Assembly (NCBI GenBank): GCA_965220745.1
Contig: CBDCQT010000013.1
Coordinates: 1,017,339 to 1,081,338, forward strand
Length of the DNA stretch: 64,000 bases
DNA from: Alphaproteobacteria bacterium
GTDB lineage: Bacteria; Pseudomonadota; Alphaproteobacteria; UBA828
Direction of reading: 5' to 3'
In this document: positions 17,882-27,395 of the stretch, one piece after another
Layout: each line of letters starts with the position of its first letter
Numbering within the stretch: the first letter of the stretch is position 1
Notes under the pieces: model-generated
What the model was told of the DNA's origin: nothing
The model's input: only the letters and a program-made list of their open reading frames with translations
The model's database searches: none
Program-made: the position numbers and the translations under genes

Positions 17882-18811
17882 ATGGTCGTCGAGCGCGCGA
17901 ACGAGCGGGTCTGCTACTTCAACGGGGAGATCGTCCCGGAGAGCCGGGCCCTGGTCTCCTTCCGCGACAGAAGCTTCCGTTATGGCGACGGCGCCTTCGA
18001 TACCACCCGCACCTTCGGGCACCGCCTGTTCAAGCTGGAAGAGCACATCGTGCGCTTCTACAAGACCCTGCGGTATCTCAGGATCGACCCCGGCATGGCG
18101 CCCTCGGAGATGAAGCGCCACACCGAGGAGGTGCTCGCCCGCAACCTGCACCTGCTCGGGCCGGACGAGGACTACTGGGTGTTCCAGCGCATCTCCCGCG
18201 GTCTCGAGCCGGCGGGCGGCGATTTCCACGGCTCGACCGACCCGGTGCTCATCATCGACTGCACGCCGCTTCCGATCCCCCAGCGCGCCCACTATTTCCG
18301 CGACGGGATTCCGTTGATGGTTCCCTCGAACCGCCGGGCGGCGCCGGATTCGCTCTCCCCCAGGGCAAAGACCCACAACTACCTGAGCCTGTTCGTCGGC
18401 AATGACGAGGTGCGCCGTATCGACCCCAATGCCCTGGCGTTGTTCCTCGACCACAACGGCAATCTCAGCGAGGGCGTCGGCTCCAACATCTTCCTCGTCA
18501 CCGACGATGTGCTCTACACCCCGCAGGACCGCTACGTGCTCAACGGCATCAGCCGCGAGACCGTGCTGGAGCTTGCGGCAGAGGCGGACATCGAGGTGGT
18601 GAAGTGCGACCTCGATCTGTTCGACGCGCACGGTGCCGACGAAGCCTTCATCACGTCGACGAGCTATTGCGTCTGCCCGGTGTCGACCATCAACGGGGTG
18701 CCCTTCGGCGAGCGGAACATCCCCGGCCCGGTGACGGAGCGGCTGATGGGGCTCTACTGCAAGCTCATCGGCTTCGACTTCGTGGGCCAGTACCTCAAGC
18801 ACCTTCACTAG
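17882..18811 (+). CDS. PLP-dependent aminotransferase class IV (IlvE/D-amino-acid transaminase-like)
   Basis: DRSFRYGDGAFDT, HIVRF, PRAKTHNY, SEGVGSNIF, LNGISR, ADEAFITST. Confidence 0.9.
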   Translation: MVVERANERVCYFNGEIVPESRALVSFRDRSFRYGDGAFDTTRTFGHRLFKLEEHIVRFYKTLRYLRIDPGMAPSEMKRHTEEVLARNLHLLGPDEDYWVFQRISRGLEPAGGDFHGSTDPVLIIDCTPLPIPQRAHYFRDGIPLMVPSNRRAAPDSLSPRAKTHNYLSLFVGNDEVRRIDPNALALFLDHNGNLSEGVGSNIFLVTDDVLYTPQDRYVLNGISRETVLELAAEADIEVVKCDLDLFDAHGADEAFITSTSYCVCPVSTINGVPFGERNIPGPVTERLMGLYCKLIGFDFVGQYLKHLH

Positions 18812-18831
18812 TGCGTTAGGAGACCTCGACC

Positions 18832-19800
18832 ATGCTTGAGATCGTCAAGCCGGGACTCGAGACCAGCATTCAGGATTTCCCCGGCCGTGTCGGCTACTGG
18901 AACCAGGGCTTCCCGCCGTCCGGCCCGATGGACATGTGGTCGTTCCGCCTCGCCAACCTCGTGGTCGGCAACGACGAGGGCGCGCCGGGGCTGGAGGCCC
19001 AGTTCATGGGGCCGACGATCAAGTTCCAGCGCGACGGCGTGATCGCCATGACCGGCGCCAACATGCGCCCAATCCTCGACGGGCAGCCGATCCCGATGTG
19101 GGAGAGCGTGGCGGTGGGCGCCGGGCAGACGCTCTTGATGGGGCCGGCGATCGCCGGCGCGCGCGGCTATCTCGCGGTGGCGGGAGGCATCGACGCGCCG
19201 GAGTGGCTGGGCTCGGCGTCCACCTTCCACAAGGCCGGGGTCGGCGGGCTCGACGGCCACGCGGTGCGGGCAGGGCAGGTGCTCCCGGTGAAGGAGGCCG
19301 CCGGCACGCCGGGCCGGCGCATCGCCGATCGCGCGCGGCCGACCTTCCCAGGCGGCAAGACCTGGGAAATTCAGGCGGTGCGGGGGCCGAACGACGACTG
19401 GATCGACGACGCGGGCCACGAGCGCTTCATCGAGACGGCGTGGATGCTGGAGGCCCGGAGCGATCGCACGGGCTATCGTCTGAGCGGGCCGGACTGGACC
19501 TTCACCGAGAAGGCCACGAACAAGGCGCCGGAGCACGGCGACTTCCCCTCCAACATCATCGATCAGGGCTATCCGCTGGGGGCGATCAACCTGGGCGGCC
19601 AGACGCCGATCATCCTGATGAACGACGGCCCCAGCATGGGCGGCTTCATCTGCCCCTACACGGTGCCGTCCGCCGGCTTCTGGAAGCTCGGTCAGATGAA
19701 GCCCAACGAGTACATCAAGTTCCGCGAGGTCTCGGTGGGGGAGGCGCAGCAGCTGCGCCTGGCCCTCGACGAGACCTGCACGCACGACAGCATCGAATAA
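18832..19800 (+). CDS. PxpC / urea-amidolyase carboxyltransferase-family protein
   Basis: PGLETSIQDFPGR, PPSGPMD, ANLVVGN, SDRTGYRL, DGPSMGGF. Confidence 0.88.
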   Translation: MLEIVKPGLETSIQDFPGRVGYWNQGFPPSGPMDMWSFRLANLVVGNDEGAPGLEAQFMGPTIKFQRDGVIAMTGANMRPILDGQPIPMWESVAVGAGQTLLMGPAIAGARGYLAVAGGIDAPEWLGSASTFHKAGVGGLDGHAVRAGQVLPVKEAAGTPGRRIADRARPTFPGGKTWEIQAVRGPNDDWIDDAGHERFIETAWMLEARSDRTGYRLSGPDWTFTEKATNKAPEHGDFPSNIIDQGYPLGAINLGGQTPIILMNDGPSMGGFICPYTVPSAGFWKLGQMKPNEYIKFREVSVGEAQQLRLALDETCTHDSIE

Positions 19801-19814
19801 GAGGAGATCGGTCG

Positions 19815-20030
19815 ATGGCGGAGGAGGTTCTGACCCAGGCGCCGGGCAATGTGTGGAAGGTCCTGGTGAAGGAGGGCGATTCGGTCAAGGCCGGCGACAC
19901 CCTGTTCATCCTCGAGGTGATGAAGACCGAGGTGCCCCACGACGCCGAAGGCGACGGCACGGTCAAGGCGCTCCACGTCAAGGAGGAGGACGCCGTCGAC
20001 GTGGGCCAGCTCGCGGTGGTGATCGAATAG
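19815..20030 (+). CDS. Biotin carboxyl carrier protein (stand-alone)
   Basis: PGNVWKVLVKEGD...LEVMKTE biotinylation motif; GAGGAG RBS. Confidence 0.88.
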   Translation: MAEEVLTQAPGNVWKVLVKEGDSVKAGDTLFILEVMKTEVPHDAEGDGTVKALHVKEEDAVDVGQLAVVIE

Positions 20031-20070
20031 ACCGCGCGCGGGCGGTTTCGCCGGCGGCCGGGGCAGGGGC

Positions 20071-21321
20071 ATGAGGGTCCTGGTGCTCGGCGCCGGGGTG
20101 GTCGGCACCGCCGCGGCTTACTTCCTGAACGAGGCCGGCCACGAGGTCACCGTGGTCGAGCGCCAGTCGGGCGCCGGGCTGGAGACCAGCTTCGCCAACG
20201 GCGGCATCGTCGGCGCCTACAGCTCGCGGCCCTGGGCACACCCCGAAGTGCCCCGCATGCTGATCAAGTGGTTCGGGCGAGAGGATGCGCCCTACCTGTT
20301 CCGCCTGCGCCCGGACCTCGCCCAGTGGCGCTGGGCCGTAAGCTTCCTGCGCCATTGCACGCGGGCGCAGTTTGAGCGCTCCCAGCAGGTCTCGCTCAAG
20401 CTTTCGACCTACAGCTACGAGTGCCTGAAGGCGCTGCGCGAGAAGGAGGGGATCGCCTACGACCAGCGCGCCGAGGGGGTGCTTCACCTCCACCGCGATG
20501 CTTCGTCGCTGGATGCGTCCTACGCCTACGAGACGCGGATGGCGGACGCGCGCTTCCATCCAGAGCGCCTGGATCGCGACCAGATGCTCGCAGCCGAGCC
20601 CGCGCTGCAGCAGACCGCGGACCAGTTCGCGGGCGCCACCTTCTTTCGGAACGACGAATCGGGCGATGCGCACAAGTTCACGGCAGCGCTCGCTGCGGCC
20701 GCAGCCGCGAATGGCGTGACGTTCCGGTTCGGCGAGACGGTGCAGCGGCTGAGCGGCGACCGCCGGCGCGTGACCGGGGCGGAGACCGACAAGGGCGCCA
20801 TCGAGGCCGACGCGGTGGTGATGTGCCTCGCGAGCTACAGCCCGCGCTTCCTCAAGCGCCTCGGCGTGCGGGTGCCGATCTATCCGCTCAAGGGCTACTC
20901 GGTGACGATCCCGACGGCGGGCTACAACGGGGCGCCGACGCGGGCGATCCACGACGGCCACCGGCGCATCGTCATGAGCCGGCTGGGCGACCGGCTGCGC
21001 TGCGCCGGCACCGCCGAGCTGGACGGCCACAACACGACCATCCGCGCCGACCGGGCGAGGGCGACGCTGGACGCGGCGATGGCGGTGTTCCCGAGCTGCG
21101 GCGACCGCACCAAGGCCGAGCGCTGGATCGGCTTCCGCCCGATGACGCCGGACTGCCTGCCGATCATCGGCAAGACGCAGGTTCCGGGGCTCTACCTGGA
21201 TACCGGCCACGGCAGCACCGGCTGGACCTACTCGTCGGGCTCGGGCCGGATCATTGCGGACATCGTCTCGGGCCGGGAGCCTGGCATCGACCTAGCGGGC
21301 CTGCGGCCGGACCGCTTCTAA
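20071..21321 (+). CDS. dadA: D-amino acid dehydrogenase
   Basis: GAGVVG, ETSFANGG, PIYPLKGYS, GFRPMTPD, TGHG..GWT. Confidence 0.85.
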   Translation: MRVLVLGAGVVGTAAAYFLNEAGHEVTVVERQSGAGLETSFANGGIVGAYSSRPWAHPEVPRMLIKWFGREDAPYLFRLRPDLAQWRWAVSFLRHCTRAQFERSQQVSLKLSTYSYECLKALREKEGIAYDQRAEGVLHLHRDASSLDASYAYETRMADARFHPERLDRDQMLAAEPALQQTADQFAGATFFRNDESGDAHKFTAALAAAAAANGVTFRFGETVQRLSGDRRRVTGAETDKGAIEADAVVMCLASYSPRFLKRLGVRVPIYPLKGYSVTIPTAGYNGAPTRAIHDGHRRIVMSRLGDRLRCAGTAELDGHNTTIRADRARATLDAAMAVFPSCGDRTKAERWIGFRPMTPDCLPIIGKTQVPGLYLDTGHGSTGWTYSSGSGRIIADIVSGREPGIDLAGLRPDRF

Positions 21322-21357
21322 CCCGGAGTTCTCAAACGCGATTTAAGGCGCCGCCGG

Positions 21358-24300
21358 TCAGGCGTCGCCGTTCCCCAGCAGGCGATCGTAGTGCCCGGCG
21401 GTGCGGGCCGCGGTCTCGCGCATCGCCTCCTTGAGCGAATCGATGTTGGTTACGTCGCAGGCCCGCTCGATCACGGCGAGCAGAGCCGGCGGTGCCGTCG
21501 CTTCGACGAAGCCCTCTTCCACGGTCAGGCTCAGGATGCCGTGCAGGTTGCGCCATAACGTCGCCGCATCGGCGAGTTCCTGCGCGGCCTCGGGCTCGAT
21601 CAGGCCGTGGCTGCCTGCGGCCTCGAAGACTGCGGCCGAGTCACCGGCGAGAACGCCGTCGATCTCCGCGGCATGCGACAGTTGCAGGTATTGCGCAACG
21701 AATTCCGTATCGAGCAGGCCGCCACGCTTCTGTTCGATCGCCCAGATATCTTCGTCGGCACTCTCGCCCCGCACCTCCTCGCGCAAGGTCACGAGCTGGG
21801 CGGCGAGATCTTCGGGCGGGGGCGCGTTCGCGAGCGCGGTGCGGCGCGCGTCCTCGAAACGCTCTTCCAGATCGCCCTCCGCCCAGACCACCCGCGCGCG
21901 AGCGAGCGCCTGGTGCTGCCAAGCCGGAACGACCGCGCCGAAGTGCTCGATGAAGGCCTCGAGCGAAGTGACGATGGGCCCGGCGTTGCCGGACGGGCGC
22001 GGGCGCATGTCCACGTCGTAGAGCGTGCCCTCGGCCGTCGCTGCCCTGATCGCCGCAACGTAGCGCCGGCTCAGCTGCCCGTAATAGCGATCGGGTGCCA
22101 AGGCCTTGCGTCCGTCAGATTCCGCCGCGTTCGGCGGGTGGTCGTAGACCAGCATGAGGTCGAGCGGCGACGTCACCGTCATTTCCCGACTGCCGAGGCG
22201 GCCCAACGCGACCACGGCGAGTTGGCCGCCGGGGACGCGGCCGTGGGTGGCCGCGAAGGTCTTGGCGACCACGGGCCACGTCGCGCCGAGGCAGGCGTCC
22301 GCGATGTCGGAGAGCGGTGTGGCGGCTTCGACCGGGAAGAGCAGCCCGCGCAGCATGTGCACGCCGATGTGGAAGATCTTGTCGTTGGCCCAGCGCCGCT
22401 CCGCGTCGAGGAAGTCCTGCAGGTCCCGTTCCCGCAGCGCGATGTCGCCGAGCTCGGCCTTCATTTCCTCGGTGCCGAATTCGCGCTGATAAAACACGCG
22501 GACGAGGCCGCGCCGGGCGATGGTGGCGAGTTCCGGCCCTAGGTCGTCGGCGTCCGGCACGTCCAGATCGGAGAACTCGCGGCTCAGCACGCTGTCGAGC
22601 AGCATGGGGCGGTGCTCCAGCCAGCCCGCGAGACGGGGCGCGGAGCCCATGATCTCGGTGATCAGGTCGAACAGCTCGGGATGAGCGGCGAACATCGAGA
22701 AGAGGTGAGAGCCGGCCGGCAGGCGGGCGAGAAAGCCGTCGAAGAGAGCGAGCGCCGAATCGGGATCGGGCCAGGCGGCGAAGAGGTCCAGGATCGTCGG
22801 CAGCAACTCCGCCAGCCGCTCGCGGGCTTCCTCGCCGCGCACGGCCCGGTAGCGCCCCTCGTGCCAGGCCTTGAGCGTCTCGAACGCGCGCTCGGGATGC
22901 GCATAGCCCATGCTGGCCAGGGTCTCCAGCGTGGCATCGCCGTCACCGTCGGGACTGAGGTCGAGGGTGCCGGTCGCGGTGAGCGACGGCTCGTCCTCGA
23001 ACAGCGTCGCGTAGTGACGTTCCACCGTGCGCAGGCGGGCGAGCAGGGTCTCGGTGAAGTCCTCGAGACTGTCGTAGCCGAGGAACGTGGCCACCTGTGC
23101 CACGCCGTCCTCGTCGTCCGGCAGGCTGTGGGTCTGACGGTCGTCCGCCATCTGCAGCCGGTGCTCGACCGTGCGGTGGAAGGTGTAGGCTTCCATCAGC
23201 TCTTCCACCGCTTGACGGCGCATGTGGCCGGCTTCCACCAGGAGGTCGAAGGCCTGCCGCGTCCCGCGCACCCGTAGCGCCGGGTCGCGCCCGCCCCAGA
23301 TGAGTTGCTGAGTCTGGGCCAGGAACTCGATCTCGCGGATACCACCGCGTCCGAGCTTGACGTTGTGGCCGACCACGGCGATCTGACCGATACCGCGGTG
23401 AGCGTCGATCTGGCGCTTGATCGCGCGGATGTTCTGGATTGCGGCGAAGTCGAGATGACGGCGCCAGACGAAGGGCTGCAGCCGCTCGAGGAATCCGTTG
23501 CCGGCCTCGATGTCGCCGGCCACGGGCTTCGCCTTGATCATGGCGGCCCGCTCCCAGTTCTCGCCGGTGGTGGCGTAATAGGCCTCGGCGGCACGGACCG
23601 AGAGGGCCGCGGCGGTCGAGGCGGGGTCGGGGCGGAGGCGGAGGTCGGTGCGGAAGACGTAACCGTCCGCCGTGCGCTCGTCCATGATGGTGACCAGGTG
23701 GCGGGCGAGACGGGCGAAGATCTGCTGCAATCCGTCGCCGCTCGGATCGGACGCGACCTCCTCGTCGAAGAGGACGATGATGTCGACGTCGCTGGAATAG
23801 TTGAGCTCGCCCGCGCCGAGCTTGCCCATGCCGAGGATGATGAGGCCGGAGCCTTGTTCGGGCGCATCGGGGTCCGGGAGCGCGAGCTTGCCGCGATCGT
23901 GCAGGTTCCGCAGCAGGTGGGTGCAGACGGCGCTGAGCGTCACCGAAGCGATGTCGGAGAGCGCGCCGGTGACCCGCTCCAGCGGCCAGACCGCGGCGAT
24001 GTCGGCCATGCCGATGGCGAGGCTGGCGCGGCGCTTCGCCACCCGCAGGCGCTTCATCACCTGCTGCCGCGACTCCTCGCCGAGGGCTCTGGTATCCGCC
24101 GCCAGCGCGCGCGCCGTGGCGTAGGCTGCCTCCGCCCCCTGCTCGATCAGTATTTGCGCGAATTCCTGGTCGGCGGTGAGGCAATGGCTGAGGTAGCGGC
24201 TGTTGCCGAACAGCGCTGCGAGCAGCGCATTGGTGGTGGCGTCGGCTTCGCTCGCCTCGGCGAAAGCGATGAGGCCTTCATCCTCGCTGCGGGCCGCGTT

Positions 24301-24393
24301 CTCGCGCCAGCGCTCCCAGCAGAGCGCAAGCGCCGCTTCGTCCGCAGGCAGGGGAGGCCGGGCCGCCTCCTTCCATTCAGGCGCTATGTTCAC
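21358..24393 (-). CDS. glnE: Glutamine synthetase adenylyltransferase/adenylyl-removase
   Basis: GMGKLGAGELNYSSDVD, FRTDLRLRPD, WERAAMIKA, KLGRGGIREIEF; duplicated architecture with a degenerate second NTase motif. Confidence 0.93.
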   Translation of the reverse strand: MNIAPEWKEAARPPLPADEAALALCWERWRENAARSEDEGLIAFAEASEADATTNALLAALFGNSRYLSHCLTADQEFAQILIEQGAEAAYATARALAADTRALGEESRQQVMKRLRVAKRRASLAIGMADIAAVWPLERVTGALSDIASVTLSAVCTHLLRNLHDRGKLALPDPDAPEQGSGLIILGMGKLGAGELNYSSDVDIIVLFDEEVASDPSGDGLQQIFARLARHLVTIMDERTADGYVFRTDLRLRPDPASTAAALSVRAAEAYYATTGENWERAAMIKAKPVAGDIEAGNGFLERLQPFVWRRHLDFAAIQNIRAIKRQIDAHRGIGQIAVVGHNVKLGRGGIREIEFLAQTQQLIWGGRDPALRVRGTRQAFDLLVEAGHMRRQAVEELMEAYTFHRTVEHRLQMADDRQTHSLPDDEDGVAQVATFLGYDSLEDFTETLLARLRTVERHYATLFEDEPSLTATGTLDLSPDGDGDATLETLASMGYAHPERAFETLKAWHEGRYRAVRGEEARERLAELLPTILDLFAAWPDPDSALALFDGFLARLPAGSHLFSMFAAHPELFDLITEIMGSAPRLAGWLEHRPMLLDSVLSREFSDLDVPDADDLGPELATIARRGLVRVFYQREFGTEEMKAELGDIALRERDLQDFLDAERRWANDKIFHIGVHMLRGLLFPVEAATPLSDIADACLGATWPVVAKTFAATHGRVPGGQLAVVALGRLGSREMTVTSPLDLMLVYDHPPNAAESDGRKALAPDRYYGQLSRRYVAAIRAATAEGTLYDVDMRPRPSGNAGPIVTSLEAFIEHFGAVVPAWQHQALARARVVWAEGDLEERFEDARRTALANAPPPEDLAAQLVTLREEVRGESADEDIWAIEQKRGGLLDTEFVAQYLQLSHAAEIDGVLAGDSAAVFEAAGSHGLIEPEAAQELADAATLWRNLHGILSLTVEEGFVEATAPPALLAVIERACDVTNIDSLKEAMRETAARTAGHYDRLLGNGDA

Positions 24394-24461
24394 GGGCGCT
24401 CTCGGGCCATCATGGGTTGCGCCCCGGATGACGGGGGGCTGGTGAGTGGGAGGAATTCGAC

Positions 24462-25292
24462 ATGCCGAAGGTCATGGCCAACGGAATCAATATGTACTAC
24501 GAGCTGATGGGCAAAGGCGACCCGTTGGCGCTGATCGGCGGCTCGCTTTTCGGGCGGCAGAACTTCGCGATGGTGTGGGAGGGGTTGGCCGAGGAGTTCC
24601 AGCTCATCAGCTACGATCAGCGGGGCTACGGCCAGACCGACCGCCCCCTGATGCGCTACGACCTCGATATCTGGGCCGACGACCTGGCGGCGCTGCTCGA
24701 CGAACTGCAGATCGAACGTGCGCATGTGATGGGCACGTCGGCCGGCGGCATGATCGCGCTGAAGTTCGCGGCGAAGTATCCCGACCGCTGCATCGGCGTG
24801 GTGAGCGACTGTGCCTTTGCCAAGTGCGACACCATGCGGCGCATCATGTTCCGCACCTGGCGCCACATGGCGCAGACCTGGGGCTGCGGGCCCGAATTCG
24901 CCGATCACGTGGTGACGCAGGCGGTCGGCGCGGACTTCCTCGACGGCCCCAACGGCCAGCCCCTGATCGAGATGGTGCGCACCATCGTGGGGCTGAACGC
25001 GGTCGAGACCGTGGTGCAGGCCTGCATCGCCATGGAGGAGATGGACCTGCGCGAGGACTGCAGGAAGATCAGGAACCCGACGCTGGTGATTACCGCCGCC
25101 AAGGACATGCTGACCCCGATGGTGACGGGGCCCGACGGCGCCGGCGCGCAGTGGGTCGTGGACAACGTGCCGGGCTGCGAGGCGATCGTCTACGAGGACA
25201 TCGGCCACGCCGACCTGGTGGAGTGCCCGGAGAAGACCATCGCATCGGCCACCGCCTTCCTCCATCGCGCGAAAGAGCAGGTGCTGGGGTAG
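24462..25292 (+). CDS. Alpha/beta hydrolase (enol-lactonase-like)
   Basis: YDQRGYGQT, GTSAGG nucleophile elbow, C-terminal GH. Confidence 0.85.
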   Translation: MPKVMANGINMYYELMGKGDPLALIGGSLFGRQNFAMVWEGLAEEFQLISYDQRGYGQTDRPLMRYDLDIWADDLAALLDELQIERAHVMGTSAGGMIALKFAAKYPDRCIGVVSDCAFAKCDTMRRIMFRTWRHMAQTWGCGPEFADHVVTQAVGADFLDGPNGQPLIEMVRTIVGLNAVETVVQACIAMEEMDLREDCRKIRNPTLVITAAKDMLTPMVTGPDGAGAQWVVDNVPGCEAIVYEDIGHADLVECPEKTIASATAFLHRAKEQVLG

Positions 25293-25396
25293 GCAGTGCT
25301 GGCGCGGCGCCGATACCGGCTGCGGTCATAACTGCGCTTTCCCGCGCTTGATGCGACGCGCCACGATGTGCATGTTTCGGCCAGAGGGGAAATGCC

Positions 25397-25594
25397 ATGC
25401 GAAAGAAGCTGAACGCATCAGCGCCTGGAAGCCCGAGGTCCAGTTGTCACAGCAAGGCCTCTCCGCCGCTCGCGAACAAGGGAAGCACATCAACCAAGCC
25501 CAAGGCGCTCCGTGTTTCGTCGACTTCCCAGCGTGTGATCGAGAAGACCTCGGTCAAGCGGAGAGAGGCTATGAAGGCGCTGGCAAATCGGTAA
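25397..25594 (+). CDS. Small putative antitoxin partner of Doc
   Basis: 65 aa with GAGGGG RBS; C-terminal ...[11 protein letters not shown] helix of the type seen in Doc antitoxins; overlaps the doc frame. Confidence 0.6.
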   Translation: MRKKLNASAPGSPRSSCHSKASPPLANKGSTSTKPKALRVSSTSQRVIEKTSVKRREAMKALANR

Positions 25595-25973
25595 GAGGCA
25601 TTACCGGGTAACGTGGGCCGATGCGGTTTATGGCCACGAGGAGGCGCTGAAGGATGGCGGCAGACCTGGCCTTCTGAACGAACACGGCATTCTATCCGCG
25701 CTCGCTCGCCCTTATGACGGTTACCATCGACGGATACACGAAAAGGCGGCCGCTCTGATTCACGGCGTCGTCTGCAATCACGGTTTCATAGATGCGAACA
25801 AGCGCACGGCTTTGTACTTGGTCGAGCTATTGGTGCAACGCAGCGGTTATGAATTCGTCGAAACTGACGAAGAAGTCGTCGAAACAATTCTCGCTGTTGC
25901 CAGGGGCGAAGTGGGATACGAAGAACTGACTGACTGGTTCAGCGAACGTATCGTTCGGATCGACCCGAAGTGA
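25587..25973 (+). CDS. doc: Doc/Fic-family toxin (non-canonical start, probably ATC)
   Basis: Manual translation: IGKRHYRVT...SALARP...[24 protein letters not shown]...; Doc motif HxFxDANKR; absent from the ORF track. Confidence 0.85.
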   Translation: MGKRHYRVTWADAVYGHEEALKDGGRPGLLNEHGILSALARPYDGYHRRIHEKAAALIHGVVCNHGFIDANKRTALYLVELLVQRSGYEFVETDEEVVETILAVARGEVGYEELTDWFSERIVRIDPK

Positions 25974-26049
25974 CCGGTCCGGTGGCTGGCTTGGGCGGGC
26001 TGTGGTAGACAGCGGCCGATGGAGTCCCCGGCCGGGTGGAGGAGCGACG

Positions 26050-27354
26050 ATGACGACGAACGGCTCCGGTGAGGGACGGCGCGAGAGCGTCGGTGTGCGG
26101 GTCGGCAGCGTCATGATCGGCGGTGGCGCGCCGGTCGTCGTCCAGTCCATGACCAACACCGACACCGAAGACGCCCGCGCCACGGCGGAGCAGGTCAGGG
26201 CGCTGACCGACGCGGGCTCCGAGATCGTGCGCATCACGGTCAACACGCCCGAGGCTGCCGCCGCGGTGCCCGACATTCGCGAGCGGCTGGAGGCGATGGG
26301 CTGCCACGTGCCGCTGGTCGGCGACTTCCACTACAACGGCCACCGGCTGCTCACCGAGTATCCGGCCTGCGCCGAGGCGCTCGCCAAGTACCGGATCAAT
26401 CCGGGCAACGTGGGCTTCCGCGAGAAGCGCGACCGGCAGTTCCAGACCATGATCGAGGTCGCGCTCAAGTACGACCGGCCGGTGCGCATCGGGGTGAATT
26501 GGGGCAGCCTCGACCAGGACCTGCTGGCCGAGCTGATGGACGAGAACGCAGCCCGGCCCGAGCCCAAGGACGCCGCCGGGGTGATGCGCGAGGCGCTGGT
26601 GGAGTCGGGCTTGCGCAGCGCGGCGCTGGCCGAGGAGATCGGACTCGCGCGGGACAAGATCGTGATCTCGGCGAAGGTATCGCAGGTGCAGGACCTGATT
26701 GCGGTCTACGGCGAGCTCGGCGCGCGCAGCGACTATGCGCTCCATCTCGGGCTCACCGAGGCGGGCATGGGCTCCAAGGGCATCGTGGCCTCGACCGCCG
26801 CGCTGTCTGTGCTGCTGCAGCAGGGCATCGGCGACACCATCCGCATCTCGCTCACGCCGGAGCCCGGCGGCGACCGCACCCAGGAGGTGATCGTCGCGCA
26901 GGAGATCCTGCAGACCATGGGCTTCCGCTCCTTCGTGCCGCTGGTGGCGGCGTGCCCCGGCTGCGGGCGCACCACGAGCACGGTGTTTCAGGAGCTCGCC
27001 GAGCGCATCCAGGACTATGTGCGCCGGCAGATGCCGGTCTGGCGCGAGACCTACGAGGGGGTCGAGACCATGCAGCTCGCCGTCATGGGCTGCATCGTCA
27101 ACGGGCCCGGCGAGAGCAAGCATGCCGACATCGGCATCAGCCTGCCGGGGACCGGCGAGGCGCCGGCGGCGCCAGTCTTCATCGACGGCAAGAAGGCGGT
27201 GACGCTGCGCGGTGCGGGCATCGCCGAGGAATTTCAGAAGATCGTCGCCGACTACGTGGCGAGCCGCTATCCACGTCGCGCTGGGGCGAGCGGCGCAGGT
27301 GATGCGGGAGCGGCAGGGGAAGAAGTCAGCTCTGCCCAGCATCCCGACGCCTGA
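26050..27354 (+). CDS. ispG: 4-hydroxy-3-methylbut-2-en-1-yl diphosphate synthase
   Basis: [56 protein letters not shown]. Confidence 0.97.
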   Translation: MTTNGSGEGRRESVGVRVGSVMIGGGAPVVVQSMTNTDTEDARATAEQVRALTDAGSEIVRITVNTPEAAAAVPDIRERLEAMGCHVPLVGDFHYNGHRLLTEYPACAEALAKYRINPGNVGFREKRDRQFQTMIEVALKYDRPVRIGVNWGSLDQDLLAELMDENAARPEPKDAAGVMREALVESGLRSAALAEEIGLARDKIVISAKVSQVQDLIAVYGELGARSDYALHLGLTEAGMGSKGIVASTAALSVLLQQGIGDTIRISLTPEPGGDRTQEVIVAQEILQTMGFRSFVPLVAACPGCGRTTSTVFQELAERIQDYVRRQMPVWRETYEGVETMQLAVMGCIVNGPGESKHADIGISLPGTGEAPAAPVFIDGKKAVTLRGAGIAEEFQKIVADYVASRYPRRAGASGAGDAGAAGEEVSSAQHPDA

Positions 27355-27395
27355 CACGCCCGCAGCTGCTCTCGCTGCCTCCTTCCGACTCTAGC

